NCBI GenBank assembly: GCA_965199755.1
Contig: CBDASZ010000001.1
Span: 32,001-96,000 of the forward strand
Length of the DNA: 64,000 nt
From: an uncultured candidatus Porisulfidus sp.
GTDB taxonomy: Bacteria > Pseudomonadota > Gammaproteobacteria > Poriferisulfidales > Poriferisulfidaceae
Direction: 5' to 3'
The notes beneath the pieces are model-generated. The model was not told the origin of the DNA and did no database searches. It saw only the letters and a list, made by a program, of their open reading frames with translations. Position 1 is the stretch's first letter. Each line of letters starts with the position of its first letter. Below, piece by piece: positions 1-9,687 of this stretch. The translations under genes were made by a program, and so were the position numbers.

Positions 1-367
1 AACCTGTGGACCCGCTTGAAATGGCGGGCGTTCTCATCAATACGATGCATCACCGCGATCAAAAACGAGGCCTCAAGGAACTCCAGATACCGTTTTACTG
101 TCTCTTTGCTGACCCCTGATTCCTGGGACAAGTCCTGCAGGGAAACCTCCTGTCCTGTATTGAAGGCCATGATGAGGAAGAACCTCCACAATTCCTGTGT
201 GTCCTGAATCCCGTACAGACTCGGCATATCGCGTACAAGCACTTTGTCCAGAACGTCGCGCGCCACAAAACACGCATCTCGTGTTCCGCAACCCCGCCAG
301 AAAACAACTCCGGCGCTTTTTTCAACACATTCAATATTTCCGGGAACCCTCCCTGATTCAGGTACAT
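1..367 (-). pseudogene. AAA_14/DUF4143-type ATP-binding protein remnant (frameshifted, N-terminus missing, runs off window edge)
   Basis: Frame 95..367 gives YLNQGGFPEIL. After a frame change near 270, manual translation reads FVARDVLDKVLVRDMPSLYGIQDTQELWRFFLIMAFNTGQEVSLQDLSQESGVSKETVKRYLEFLEASFLI, typical of the wHTH region of this family. A stop lies just upstream of the GGFPE segment, so there is no Walker A region. Confidence 0.7.
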
Positions 368-634
368 TTTTAGAAATAAGAAGAGAGCGCTATTCTTATT
401 TATTTTTATTTCAATTCACAATAGTTGTCAACCACTTATTTTTATGAAATTAATAAGAAAGGTGTGCCTTCCTTATTTTGCTATTTTTAGTCCCCTCTTC
501 GATAATTTATTGGCGCGCAGTAAAGATCGCTCTGCACGTCTCCGGGAAAACTCTAAATGCTGCGTATTTCTATCAACCCTGAACTCTTCCGGCTTATATA
601 ATTTAGGCACCTTACTCACCTGCCACTGACACGC

Positions 635-1186
635 ATGAAAGCCTCGCTCACAACATTCATCGTGGCACTCTGCCTGCTTCCCTCTGCGGCCTTCGCCCAA
701 AACATTCAGCCGGCCTTGATATACGGCGAAGGCACTTTAGATTGTGTCAAGATGGACCGGTCATTCAACCAACTCGCTTATGAAGGTGCCATGCGGTTTG
801 CAAGCGAGGCTGGCATTAATTTCGCCGAGTATGCGGTTCCTGATCCATCAGTACGCGAAACCGTCATCCGCGGGGCCGCTCAAAATGCCACCATTGTCAT
901 CACCCTCGGCTTCTCACATGCCGAAGCCATAAGTACCATCGCCCAGGAATTCCCGGACGTTCAGTTTGTGCTGGTAGATGCCGTGGTGGCCTTGCCCAAT
1001 GTCCGCTCAATCCTGTTCGATGAGCCTGAGGGCTCCTTTCTGGTCGGCATGGCGTCTGGAATGGCGACACCTACAATTTCCGGCTGGGCGTGGACTGGTC
1101 AGCCGCAGACTTTCTGGCGGGAGGGGCCATTGGTTTCGGAGAAGGCGAAGTCACGCACGAAGACCATGATGGCCTCGGCGATCTGA
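635..1186 (+). pseudogene. BMP-family (PnrA/TmpC-like) ABC substrate-binding protein, N-terminal half only
   Basis: Sec signal ending SAAFA, then PALIY..DRSFNQLAYEG and FPDVQFVLVDAVVALPNVRSILFDEPEGSFLVG motifs. Homology ends near nt 1055. Confidence 0.75.
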
Positions 1187-1710
1187 AGAGTAGTCTGGGC
1201 ATGAGTTTGATCTCGTTCGGCGTCAGTCGCGCCATCACGACCTGGGGAAATGCGGAAATCCACCTGAAGGGCGACGCGCTGGCAGCGCGCATGGATCTGG
1301 ATAATCCGGAAAACATCCCCGGCATGCCGGATCGGGTCGATACCAGCTGCTTTCGGCTGGAACTGGAAGGCCGCTGGGAGGAAACGCTGGATTCCGTTGC
1401 CACCATGGAGCGCAACATCACGCTCAGCGCTCGCAAAGACGGCGGCGATGTCGATGTGGGTACCGGCATGGAACTGGACGGGCAGCTGAATTACATCGAC
1501 GCGGCGCGCGGCATGGAAGCGAGCGTGCAGGCGCGGACCTTATTCGGTGAGAACAGTTACCACGAGTGGGGCTTGGGCGGCATGCTCCGTTTCGCGCCGC
1601 AAGGGACTTCCTCCGGTTTATCCGTCACACTAAATCTGGACTGGGGCACCTCCAGGAACGACTTTGGTCTCTTTCTGCAACTCCAGTATCGACCCTCGCT
1701 ACTACCCTAA
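1057..1710 (+). pseudogene. Autotransporter-like outer-membrane beta-domain fragment
   Basis: Frame of ORF 1090..1710 extends upstream as WNGDTYNFRLGVDW. It contains RLELEG, RKDGGDVDVGTGMELDGQLNY and YHEWGLGGMLRFAP..GLSVTL..WG amphipathic strands, and has no start or signal peptide of its own. Confidence 0.65.
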
Positions 1711-1719
1711 GCACTAACG

Positions 1720-1742
1720 GCCCCCTGCGGGGGCATTCATTT
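1720..1742 (+). terminator. Putative intrinsic terminator
   Basis: GCCCCC-TGC-GGGGGC hairpin followed by ATTCATTT, 10 nt after the stop at 1710. Confidence 0.45.
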
Positions 1743-1757
1743 AGTCTCTGTTCCCTG

Positions 1758-2324
1758 ATGCCTCGCCTGTCCCAACACTGGAACCAACGTGAAGCGCCAC
1801 GTACCGCGAGTCAGACTGCGAGCGCGCTGTCCGTCAACATCTGGCGTCTGGCCAGTGACGGCCTGCTGAAACTGGAAAACGAGGGCTTTGAGACCGAGAC
1901 CTGGTCGCAGCGCCTCGACGTTATCGGGCATTTCTCCATCTTCGCCGCGCATCTGGTCGACCGCACCGCGCAACAGCACCTCGACGGTGACGCGCGACAG
2001 AAACTGCTCACCGCGCTGATCCAGCATCTGGCCACACTAATGCAGGACAACCGCCTGCAGGCGGATGGCGAAGGCGCGCATGACGCCGCCTTCATCGCGC
2101 AGTTCAATAGCTGGTCAGAACGCTACGCGCCGTGCGACTGGTCGGAGCAGGAAGGTCCGGGATTCAGTTTGTGCCGCGAACTCGGCGATGCCGTCGCCGC
2201 GTGCATGGGCGCGCACGACAATGCGTGGATCGCCACGTATGTCATTGATCGGGAAGCACCGAGACTGGCCAAAGCCTTGGCGTGCAGTCTGCGCAATTTG
2301 ATGCCGGCGCGCAAGCCCGGCTGA
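1758..2324 (+). CDS. Conserved hypothetical protein (likely start ATG 1758)
   Basis: MPRLSQHW...IWRLA..LLKLENEGFET...HLVDR...GPGF...W...VID.EAP pattern resembles an uncharacterised family I recall from beta/gammaproteobacterial sulfur oxidisers. Confidence 0.65.
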   Translation: MPRLSQHWNQREAPRTASQTASALSVNIWRLASDGLLKLENEGFETETWSQRLDVIGHFSIFAAHLVDRTAQQHLDGDARQKLLTALIQHLATLMQDNRLQADGEGAHDAAFIAQFNSWSERYAPCDWSEQEGPGFSLCRELGDAVAACMGAHDNAWIATYVIDREAPRLAKALACSLRNLMPARKPG

Positions 2325-2327
2325 GAT

Positions 2328-2528
2328 TCAGGACGCGGCCTTCCAGTTCTCGAAGTTGCCGACTTCCTTTTCCTGCCCGTCCTCGTAACCCGCAGTATAG
2401 GCGTCCGTGACACGCTGCTCTTCACGCTCCGGGTGTCCAAGATAGCCGCCTTGCCAGCCCAGAATGTACTCCGGGTCCACACCCATCTCTTCCATGCGTG
2501 AGGTAGCGTCGCGATAGGTTTGATCCAT
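2328..2528 (-). CDS. Alvin_2107-family sulfur-globule oxidation protein
   Basis: 66 aa with MEEMGVDPEYILGWQGGYLGHPEREEQRVTDAYTAGYEDG signature. Confidence 0.8.
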   Translation of the reverse strand: MDQTYRDATSRMEEMGVDPEYILGWQGGYLGHPEREEQRVTDAYTAGYEDGQEKEVGNFENWKAAS

Positions 2529-2605
2529 GAAGTGCTCTTCTATGCTTGATTTGAATTGCGCATTTTATAGCACAGCGAAAACTGCCCTGGCTAAAATACA
2601 CCGCC

Positions 2606-2920
2606 ATGTCCTCCCGTATTGGCCTGTGGGTCTATTCCGCACTGTTCGCCATCGGTGCCCTGCTGGTACTGATCTATCTCGCCCTGTTCGACAATCCACC
2701 TTATCCGCCGGTGCTCCCGGTTGCCTACTGGTTCTCCCTGCTGTGCTATATCGGAGTCCTCTGGTTGTTGCGCGCGCTGGCTCGCGGGGAACGTAATCGC
2801 AGACAGATCCCGCTTGCGATCGGCATCACCGCCATCATCACGCTGAGTCTGCATCTGGCCGGCCACGTCGGCGAGCAACAGCGTCAGGCGGAACTGCAGC
2901 AACGCCATCTCACCGACTAG
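2606..2920 (+). CDS. Small membrane protein, about 3 TM helices
   Basis: Three hydrophobic stretches; stop lies 4 nt before cysS. Confidence 0.65.
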   Translation: MSSRIGLWVYSALFAIGALLVLIYLALFDNPPYPPVLPVAYWFSLLCYIGVLWLLRALARGERNRRQIPLAIGITAIITLSLHLAGHVGEQQRQAELQQRHLTD

Positions 2921-2924
2921 TCTG

Positions 2925-4298
2925 ATGCTTCACTTGCACGACACGCTGGCGCAGGAAAAGCGCCTTTTCGAGCCGCTTGATTCGCAGCAGGTGACCCTGT
3001 ATGTGTGCGGCCCCACCGTCTACGATCACATCCATATCGGCAATGCCCGACCACTGATCGTCTTCGACGTGCTCGCGCGCGTGCTGCGCGCGCACTACCC
3101 AAAGGTGCGCTATGCCCGCAATCTGACTGACATTGACGACAAGATTCTGGACCGCGCGGCCGAGCAGGGCTGCAGTTTTGACGAACTGACCGAGCGCTAC
3201 ATTCAAGCGTTTCACGAGGTCTGCGCGGCGCTGGGAGGACTGGAGGTTGACATTGAGCCGCGCGCCACCGAGACCATCCCGGGGATGCTACGAATGATCC
3301 AGACTCTGCTGGATTCCGGCCACGCATATGAGGCCGAGGGACATGTGCTGTTCGCGGTCGGCTCTTGCGACGATTATGGCGCGCTGTCGCATCGTCGTCT
3401 GGAAGACATGCGCGCCGGTGCGCGCGTGGATGTCGCCGACTACAAACGCGACCCCGGCGACTTTGTGCTGTGGAAGCCTTCCAGTTCGGAGCAGCCCGGC
3501 TGGGACAGTCCCTACGGACGCGGTCGCCCCGGCTGGCATCTGGAATGCTCCTGCATGATCGACGAACATCTCGGCGGCACCATCGACATTCACGGCGGCG
3601 GCCAGGATCTGATCTTTCCGCACCACGAAAATGAACGCGCGCAAAGTCTCTGCGCGCATCCGGGCGAGGAGTTCGTGCGCCACTGGATGCACAACGGCTA
3701 CGTCACCGTCGACGGCGAGAAGATGGCCAAGTCCGTCGGCAACGTCCGACAGGTGCGCGACCTGCTGCGCGAACATCCGGGCGAGGTGCTGCGCTTCGCG
3801 TTGCTGAGCGCGCATTACCGCAAACCCCTGAACTGGACCGACGCCTTGCTGAAGCAGGCGCGCCAGAGTCTGGACCGGCTGTATCGGGCTTGGCAGGAGG
3901 CCGAAGCGCCGCAAGCGGAGGGAGCCGCGCCCGATGGCGCGCTGATGGCGGCACTGGACGATGATCTCAACACCCCGCTGGCGCTGCAGTGCCTGCAACA
4001 TGAAGCCAACGTCTTGCAGCATCTGGAGGGTACCGCGCGCGAGGAGGCCGCGCGGCGACTGCACGCCGGCGCTGATCTGCTAGGCTTGATGCGTCAGGAG
4101 GCATCCGCGTGGTTTCACACCAGCAATACTGACGATGCGCTGGATGATGCGAGCATTGAGGAGCAGCTGCGCGAGCGAACCGAGGCGCGCACGCGCGGTG
4201 ATTACGCCGAAGCCGATCGCATTCGCGACCAGTTGCTGGAAGCTGGCGTGGTGGTCGAAGACCTGGCCGACGGCAGTCACTGGCGCCGCATCAGGTAG
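2925..4298 (+). CDS. cysS: Cysteinyl-tRNA synthetase
   Basis: YVCGPTVY, HIGN, GRPGWHLECS, DIHGGGQDLIFPHHENE, KMAKS. Confidence 0.98.
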   Translation: MLHLHDTLAQEKRLFEPLDSQQVTLYVCGPTVYDHIHIGNARPLIVFDVLARVLRAHYPKVRYARNLTDIDDKILDRAAEQGCSFDELTERYIQAFHEVCAALGGLEVDIEPRATETIPGMLRMIQTLLDSGHAYEAEGHVLFAVGSCDDYGALSHRRLEDMRAGARVDVADYKRDPGDFVLWKPSSSEQPGWDSPYGRGRPGWHLECSCMIDEHLGGTIDIHGGGQDLIFPHHENERAQSLCAHPGEEFVRHWMHNGYVTVDGEKMAKSVGNVRQVRDLLREHPGEVLRFALLSAHYRKPLNWTDALLKQARQSLDRLYRAWQEAEAPQAEGAAPDGALMAALDDDLNTPLALQCLQHEANVLQHLEGTAREEAARRLHAGADLLGLMRQEASAWFHTSNTDDALDDASIEEQLRERTEARTRGDYAEADRIRDQLLEAGVVVEDLADGSHWRRIR

Positions 4299-4331
4299 AC
4301 TGAACCCTGGTTATCGACCCCCTTGTAGCTT

Positions 4332-4802
4332 ATGTCTTCATTATTTGCCACCCGCGTCAGTGTCGAACAGGTCGAGGAAGGCGACCAGTTGGCACCAAAA
4401 TTCGACGAACATGGCCTGATCCCAGTCGTCACGACCGACTATGAGACCGGCGAATTGCTGATGCACGCCTACCAAAACGCAGAAGCTCTGGAGAACACCA
4501 TCCGCAGCGGTGAGGCCTGGTACTACAGCCGCAGCCGCGATTGCCTGTGGCACAAGGGCGCAACCAGCGGTCTGGTGCAGAAAGTGCGTGAACTGCGCAT
4601 TGATGATGATCAGGACACCGTTTGGCTGCGGGTGACCGTGGCACAGTCCGGTGCCAGCTGCCATGTCGGCTACCGCTCATGCTTTTACCGCCGCGTGCCG
4701 TTTGGCGAGGCGGCCGGCGGCTCGTTGGAATGTCTGGAGCGCGAAAAGACCTTTGATCCCAAGGAAGTCTACGGGGACGCGGAGAACCCCACGCAACTGT
4801 AA
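4332..4802 (+). CDS. hisI: Phosphoribosyl-AMP cyclohydrolase
   Basis: [28 protein letters not shown]. Confidence 0.95.
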   Translation: MSSLFATRVSVEQVEEGDQLAPKFDEHGLIPVVTTDYETGELLMHAYQNAEALENTIRSGEAWYYSRSRDCLWHKGATSGLVQKVRELRIDDDQDTVWLRVTVAQSGASCHVGYRSCFYRRVPFGEAAGGSLECLEREKTFDPKEVYGDAENPTQL

Positions 4803-4811
4803 CTGAACACC

Positions 4812-7800
4812 ATGGTCGCAGTGGCCCGACAACTGTGGACGCGAAACTTCACGCCGTTTTTTATTGTTCAGCTCACCGGTGCTTATAACGACAACGTCTT
4901 TCGCAACGCGCTAGTCGCCCTGCTCACATTTCGGGTGGTCGACCTCGCCGGCTTCGGCAGCGCCGAGTTAATCGCCGCCAGTGCTGGCATCTTCATTCTG
5001 CCGTTCCTGCTGTTTTCCGCCACCGGCGGCACGCTGGCGGATCGCTTCCCGCGCCACACGCTGATTCGCTACATCAAACTCGCCGAAGTCGTACTGATGG
5101 CGCTCACCTGGCTCGGCTTCGTACTTGAATCGATTGGCTTTCTGTTCGCCATTCTGTTTCTGACCGGCCTGCAATCAGCCTTGTTCGGCCCGATCAAATA
5201 CGCCATCCTGCCCAGCCTGCTCTCTCCCCAAAACCTGTTAATCGGCAATGCCTGGGTGGCCGCCGGCACCTTCGCCACCATTCTCGCCGGCACTTTATGC
5301 GGCACCCTGCTGATGGCGGTCGATGGCGCAGTGCACTGGGTGCCGAGCCTGCTGGTGCTGTTCGCCGCCATCGGCTACGCCAGCAGCCGATACATCCCGA
5401 CGCAAACCCCAGCCGGTGCCAGTTCCAAGGATCCGCTCAATCCAATTCATGCGACCGGACACATTCTGCACGTCGGTCTGGCGCAGCGACCGCTGGCCTG
5501 GCTGATCGTCGCCATCAGCGGTTTTTGGATGCTCGGCGTCGGCGTCCTCACGCAGCTACCGGTGCTAGTGCGCGACTCACTCGGCGGCGATGAGGTGGCG
5601 CTGGCGATGGCACTGGGTATTTTCAGTCTGGGGGTCGGACTCGGAGCTCTGCTGTGCAATCTGTGCCTGCGCGGACGCTCGCATCCGCGCCTCGCGCCGG
5701 CAGCGGCTCTGCTGATAGCGGTCGGGTTTTGGCTGCTGGCCCAGGTCGAGCCAGTCACCGCCGAAGGGGTTTACGGACTGCTGGAGACACCGCAAGGCCA
5801 GTACGCCAGCGCGGCTCTGCTGTTTCTGGCTATAGCCGGCGGGTTTTACATCGTGCCTCTGTACGCGCTGCTGCAGCAACGTGCCGAAAACGCGCAGCGC
5901 GCCAGAGTCATCGCCTGCAACAACATTGTCAACGCTCTGGCCATGGCGCTGGCCTCCGGCATAACCATCATGATCTACCAGTCCGGCGGCACCATTGAAA
6001 CGCTGTGGCTGAGCTTGGCCATCTTCACTGCCGTCGGCGGCATCGTGCTGCTCAACTTCACCGGCGGCAGCCTGCGCCGGCTGTTGCTGCGGCCTTTCAT
6101 ACAACTGGAAACCTGCGATAAATGGGACCTGCCGCACGGCTGTCTGGTGTTCACGCGCCATGCGAATCGCGCGACCGTCTGGGCACTGGCCGCCACCCTT
6201 CAGGGTCGCCTTGAGATCCACGCCCCAGCCTCCATGCCCCGGCCCGGAATACTGGCGCGATTCGTGATCTTCAAACATCGGGACACCAGCAGCAATGACG
6301 TGCAGAGACCGTCGCCTGATGCACGCAGCCGCGCCGCCATCATCCTGCCGGACCCGGAACACCCGGAATTGCTGCTGACGCTCATGCGCCGCACGTGCGC
6401 TCACGCGACGCATCCCATCGCGGTCGCCAGTGTCAGTGGACCCGCCCGACGCGGCCTGCTTCGCCGCCCGCACATTCGGGTGCATGTTCAGAAATGCACA
6501 CTGCCGCCGCACTCAGAGGACGAGGACGTGGCACAGACGGCGCGGCGTGAATCCTATGTAGTCTACGACAGCTTATGCGCGGCCGAATACCGCGTACGCG
6601 AGCGTGATGAAAGCACCTTGCAATCCGTATATGCCGCGGCGAAACGCTACGGCATGGGCCAGACGGTGCTGGATGATCAGAGTCGCAAACTGAACTACCG
6701 GGACTTGCTGCGCGCGATTCAAGCCATGGCGCTGCTGCTGTGCCGCGCCGTGCCACAGGAAGAGGATACGGTGGGCGTGTTGCTGCCCAACGTCGCCACC
6801 ACACCGATTGTGTTTCTGGGCTTGCACGCGGCAGCGCGGACTCCTGTCATGCTGAATTACACCGCCGGCAATGACAATGTGCGCAGCGCCTGCAATACCG
6901 CGCAACTGCGCTACGTGCTGAGCTCGCGCCAGTTCATCGAGAAAGCCGAACTACAATCTTTGGCTGAGGCCGTGGAGGGCCAATGCACCGTAGTGTATCT
7001 CGAGGATCTGGTGCCGCAACTTACGCTCGGACTCAAACTGCGCGCCGCATGGCGCGCCCTGCACCCGCCACAGGCCACGCCCGTCAACGAAACGGCCGTG
7101 GTGCTGTTTACATCGGGCTCCGAAGGCCATCCCAAGGGCGTGGTGCTCAGCCACCGCAACCTGCAACGCAACCGATGCCAGGTGGAATCGATACTGGACT
7201 TTACATCGCGCGATCGCGTACTTCTATCACTACCGCTGTATCACTCATTCGCACTGGGTGTCGGCTTGCTGATGCCGCTGACGCTCGGCATGCGCTGCCT
7301 GCTGTACCCCAGCCCGCTGCACTACAAGCAGATCCCGAATCTGATTCAGAGCCACGAGATCACCATTTTCTTCTCCACAGATACGTTTTTGAATAATTAC
7401 GCCCAGCACGCCAGCAAGACGCACTTCCAGAGCCTGCGCCTGTTAATCGCCGGAGCGGAACCGCTCAAGCCTAGCACCCACGAACTCTGGAAGACACGCT
7501 TCGGCGTTGACATCTGTCAAGGCTACGGCGTCACCGAAACCTCACCGGCGGTCAGCGCCAACACCCCGATCTGCGCCCACCCCGAATCCGTCGGACGGCT
7601 GATGCCGGCGCAGGAAGCGCGGCTGGCACCTCTTGAAGGCGACGATACGCCGGATCGCGGCCGCCTGATGCTGCGCGGCCCCAATGTGATGCGCGGCTAC
7701 TGGATGCCGGACGCGCCACGGGTCCTGGTACCGCCACCGGATGGCTGGCATGACACCGGCGACATCGCCGAGTTTGATGCCATTGGTTTTCTGTACTTGC

Positions 7801-8126
7801 GTGGACGCGCCAAGCGCTTCGCCAAAATCGGCGGCGAGATGGTGTCGCTGGCGCACGTCGAGCAAAAAGTCGCCGAAGCATGGACGCAATACGCGCATCA
7901 TGTCTGCGCGGTGCGCCACTCCAACCGCGGCGAAACGCTGGTGCTTCTGACAACCCACCCGCAGCCGGATCACAGTGAATTGCGGGAGGAGTTGCGGGAG
8001 AAAGGCTTGTCCAACCTGGCCCATCCGCGCCACCTGCTGTCGGTTGAAGAACTGCCGCTGCTCGGCAGTGGCAAAGTGGATTTGCGCCGCGCCCAGGAAC
8101 TGGCGCAATCGGTGGTGCTAGACTAG
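4812..8126 (+). CDS. aas: MFS (LplT-like) / degenerate acyltransferase / acyl-ACP synthetase fusion (Aas-type)
   Basis: N-terminal multi-TM MFS (GAYNDNVFRN, GTLADRF, QSALFGPIKYAILP); C-terminal AMP-binding domain (LFTSGSEGHPKGV, GYGVTE, HDTGD, RFAKIGGEMVSL, GSGKVD). Confidence 0.9.
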   Translation: MVAVARQLWTRNFTPFFIVQLTGAYNDNVFRNALVALLTFRVVDLAGFGSAELIAASAGIFILPFLLFSATGGTLADRFPRHTLIRYIKLAEVVLMALTWLGFVLESIGFLFAILFLTGLQSALFGPIKYAILPSLLSPQNLLIGNAWVAAGTFATILAGTLCGTLLMAVDGAVHWVPSLLVLFAAIGYASSRYIPTQTPAGASSKDPLNPIHATGHILHVGLAQRPLAWLIVAISGFWMLGVGVLTQLPVLVRDSLGGDEVALAMALGIFSLGVGLGALLCNLCLRGRSHPRLAPAAALLIAVGFWLLAQVEPVTAEGVYGLLETPQGQYASAALLFLAIAGGFYIVPLYALLQQRAENAQRARVIACNNIVNALAMALASGITIMIYQSGGTIETLWLSLAIFTAVGGIVLLNFTGGSLRRLLLRPFIQLETCDKWDLPHGCLVFTRHANRATVWALAATLQGRLEIHAPASMPRPGILARFVIFKHRDTSSNDVQRPSPDARSRAAIILPDPEHPELLLTLMRRTCAHATHPIAVASVSGPARRGLLRRPHIRVHVQKCTLPPHSEDEDVAQTARRESYVVYDSLCAAEYRVRERDESTLQSVYAAAKRYGMGQTVLDDQSRKLNYRDLLRAIQAMALLLCRAVPQEEDTVGVLLPNVATTPIVFLGLHAAARTPVMLNYTAGNDNVRSACNTAQLRYVLSSRQFIEKAELQSLAEAVEGQCTVVYLEDLVPQLTLGLKLRAAWRALHPPQATPVNETAVVLFTSGSEGHPKGVVLSHRNLQRNRCQVESILDFTSRDRVLLSLPLYHSFALGVGLLMPLTLGMRCLLYPSPLHYKQIPNLIQSHEITIFFSTDTFLNNYAQHASKTHFQSLRLLIAGAEPLKPSTHELWKTRFGVDICQGYGVTETSPAVSANTPICAHPESVGRLMPAQEARLAPLEGDDTPDRGRLMLRGPNVMRGYWMPDAPRVLVPPPDGWHDTGDIAEFDAIGFLYLRGRAKRFAKIGGEMVSLAHVEQKVAEAWTQYAHHVCAVRHSNRGETLVLLTTHPQPDHSELREELREKGLSNLAHPRHLLSVEELPLLGSGKVDLRRAQELAQSVVLD

Positions 8127-8176
8127 GGGAATAATCGGAGCAGGAAATCAACCTGCGGGAGTTTTCGCACTCGACC

Positions 8177-9685
8177 ATGCTTGGGAAAACTTTTGAGCCA
8201 TCATTCGATCTGTTCGTGATCGCAATGGATGTGCTGGCGTCCGCCTTTCTGCTGTTTATTGGCAGTTTGCTGTTGCTGGCGATGGTGATGTACATCAGCG
8301 ATGTCACCCAGACCCGGCATGCGGTACGGCGCAACTATCCCGTCATCGGGCGCTTTCGCTACCTGTTCGAACATCTGGGCGAATTCTTCCGGCAATATTT
8401 CTTCGCCATGGACCGCGAAGAGATGCCCTTCAACCGTGCACAGCGCTCATGGGTGTACCGCGCCAGCAAGAACCTCAACGACACCGTGCCGTTCGGCTCC
8501 ACCCGCGACCTGACCCGCCCCGGCGGCATCCTGTTCGTCAACGCCCCTTATCCGGACCCGCCTAATACCGACCCGGTCGATCCGCAAGTAATCGGCCCGG
8601 ACTGCGAACAGCCGTATGAGACCGATCATTTCTTTCACATCTCCGGCATGAGTTACGGTGCCATCTCGAAAGTGGCCGTGCAGGCGCTGTCGCACGGGGC
8701 GGCGAAAGCGGGCTGCTGGCTCAACACCGGCGAAGGCGGCGTCTCCCCATATCATCTTGAAGGCGGCGCGGATCTGGTGGTTCAGATCGGCACAGCGAAA
8801 TACGGCGTGCGCGACGAGCAGGGAAATTTCTCTATGGACCGGCTCCAGGAACTCGCCGAGCTCCCGCAAGTGCGCATGTTCGAGATCAAATTGTCACAAG
8901 GTGCCAAACCCGGCAAGGGCGGGTTGCTGCCAGCCTCCAAGGTGAGTGCCGAAGTCGCGCGCATCCGCAACATCCCGGAGGGGAAAAGTTCCGTCAGCCC
9001 CAGCCGCCACGCCGAAATCCGCAATGCCGATGAGTTGCTTGACATGGTCGCGCTGATTCGCGAAACCACCGGGCGTCCGGTCGGCTTCAAGGCCGTGCTC
9101 GGCTCCGAGCAGGCGGCGGATGAGTGGGTGGAAGCGATCCTCCGGCGCGGGACCGCATCCGCCCCGGACTTTATCACCATCGATGGCGGCGACGGCGGCT
9201 CTGGCGCAGCCCCCATGCCGCTGATTGATTCGGTGGGCCTGCCATTGCGTGAAAGCTTGCCAATGCTGACTGACCGGCTTGCGCAAAGCGGCCTCAACAA
9301 GCGCATACAGGTGATTGCTTCCGGCAAGTTGATTACGCCGATGGACGCCGCGTGGGCCTTGTGTCTGGGTGCGAATTTTGTGAACTCGGCGCGCGCCTTC
9401 ATGTTCGCACTCGGCTGCATTCAGGCCTTACAATGCGACCGCAATACCTGCCCGACCGGGGTCACCACCCACAACCCTCAATTGCAGCAAGGACTCAACC
9501 CGCAAAACAAGACCAATCGCGTCGCGCATTTGTCCGCCAATATGGAAGCGCAAGTGGAAATGATCGCGCATTCCTGCGGCATCAGTTCGTCGCGCCATTT
9601 CGACCGCTCTCACGCACGGGTGGTGCAGCCTGGTGGGCTTAGCATATCACTCGAAACGCTGTACACCAACAACCGGGCCGCATAA
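8177..9685 (+). CDS. FMN-binding glutamate synthase family protein (stand-alone, membrane-anchored)
   Basis: SGMSYGAIS, NTGEGG, EIKLSQGAKPGKGG, DFITIDGGDGGSGAAP, CIQALQCDRNTCPTG 3Fe-4S motif. Confidence 0.92.
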   Translation: MLGKTFEPSFDLFVIAMDVLASAFLLFIGSLLLLAMVMYISDVTQTRHAVRRNYPVIGRFRYLFEHLGEFFRQYFFAMDREEMPFNRAQRSWVYRASKNLNDTVPFGSTRDLTRPGGILFVNAPYPDPPNTDPVDPQVIGPDCEQPYETDHFFHISGMSYGAISKVAVQALSHGAAKAGCWLNTGEGGVSPYHLEGGADLVVQIGTAKYGVRDEQGNFSMDRLQELAELPQVRMFEIKLSQGAKPGKGGLLPASKVSAEVARIRNIPEGKSSVSPSRHAEIRNADELLDMVALIRETTGRPVGFKAVLGSEQAADEWVEAILRRGTASAPDFITIDGGDGGSGAAPMPLIDSVGLPLRESLPMLTDRLAQSGLNKRIQVIASGKLITPMDAAWALCLGANFVNSARAFMFALGCIQALQCDRNTCPTGVTTHNPQLQQGLNPQNKTNRVAHLSANMEAQVEMIAHSCGISSSRHFDRSHARVVQPGGLSISLETLYTNNRAA

Positions 9686-9687
9686 AC

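Noticed and set aside
1566-1757. N-terminal extension of the 252-aa ORF
   Set aside because: It overlaps the barrel fragment and a terminator-like hairpin; ATG 1758 is the more plausible start.
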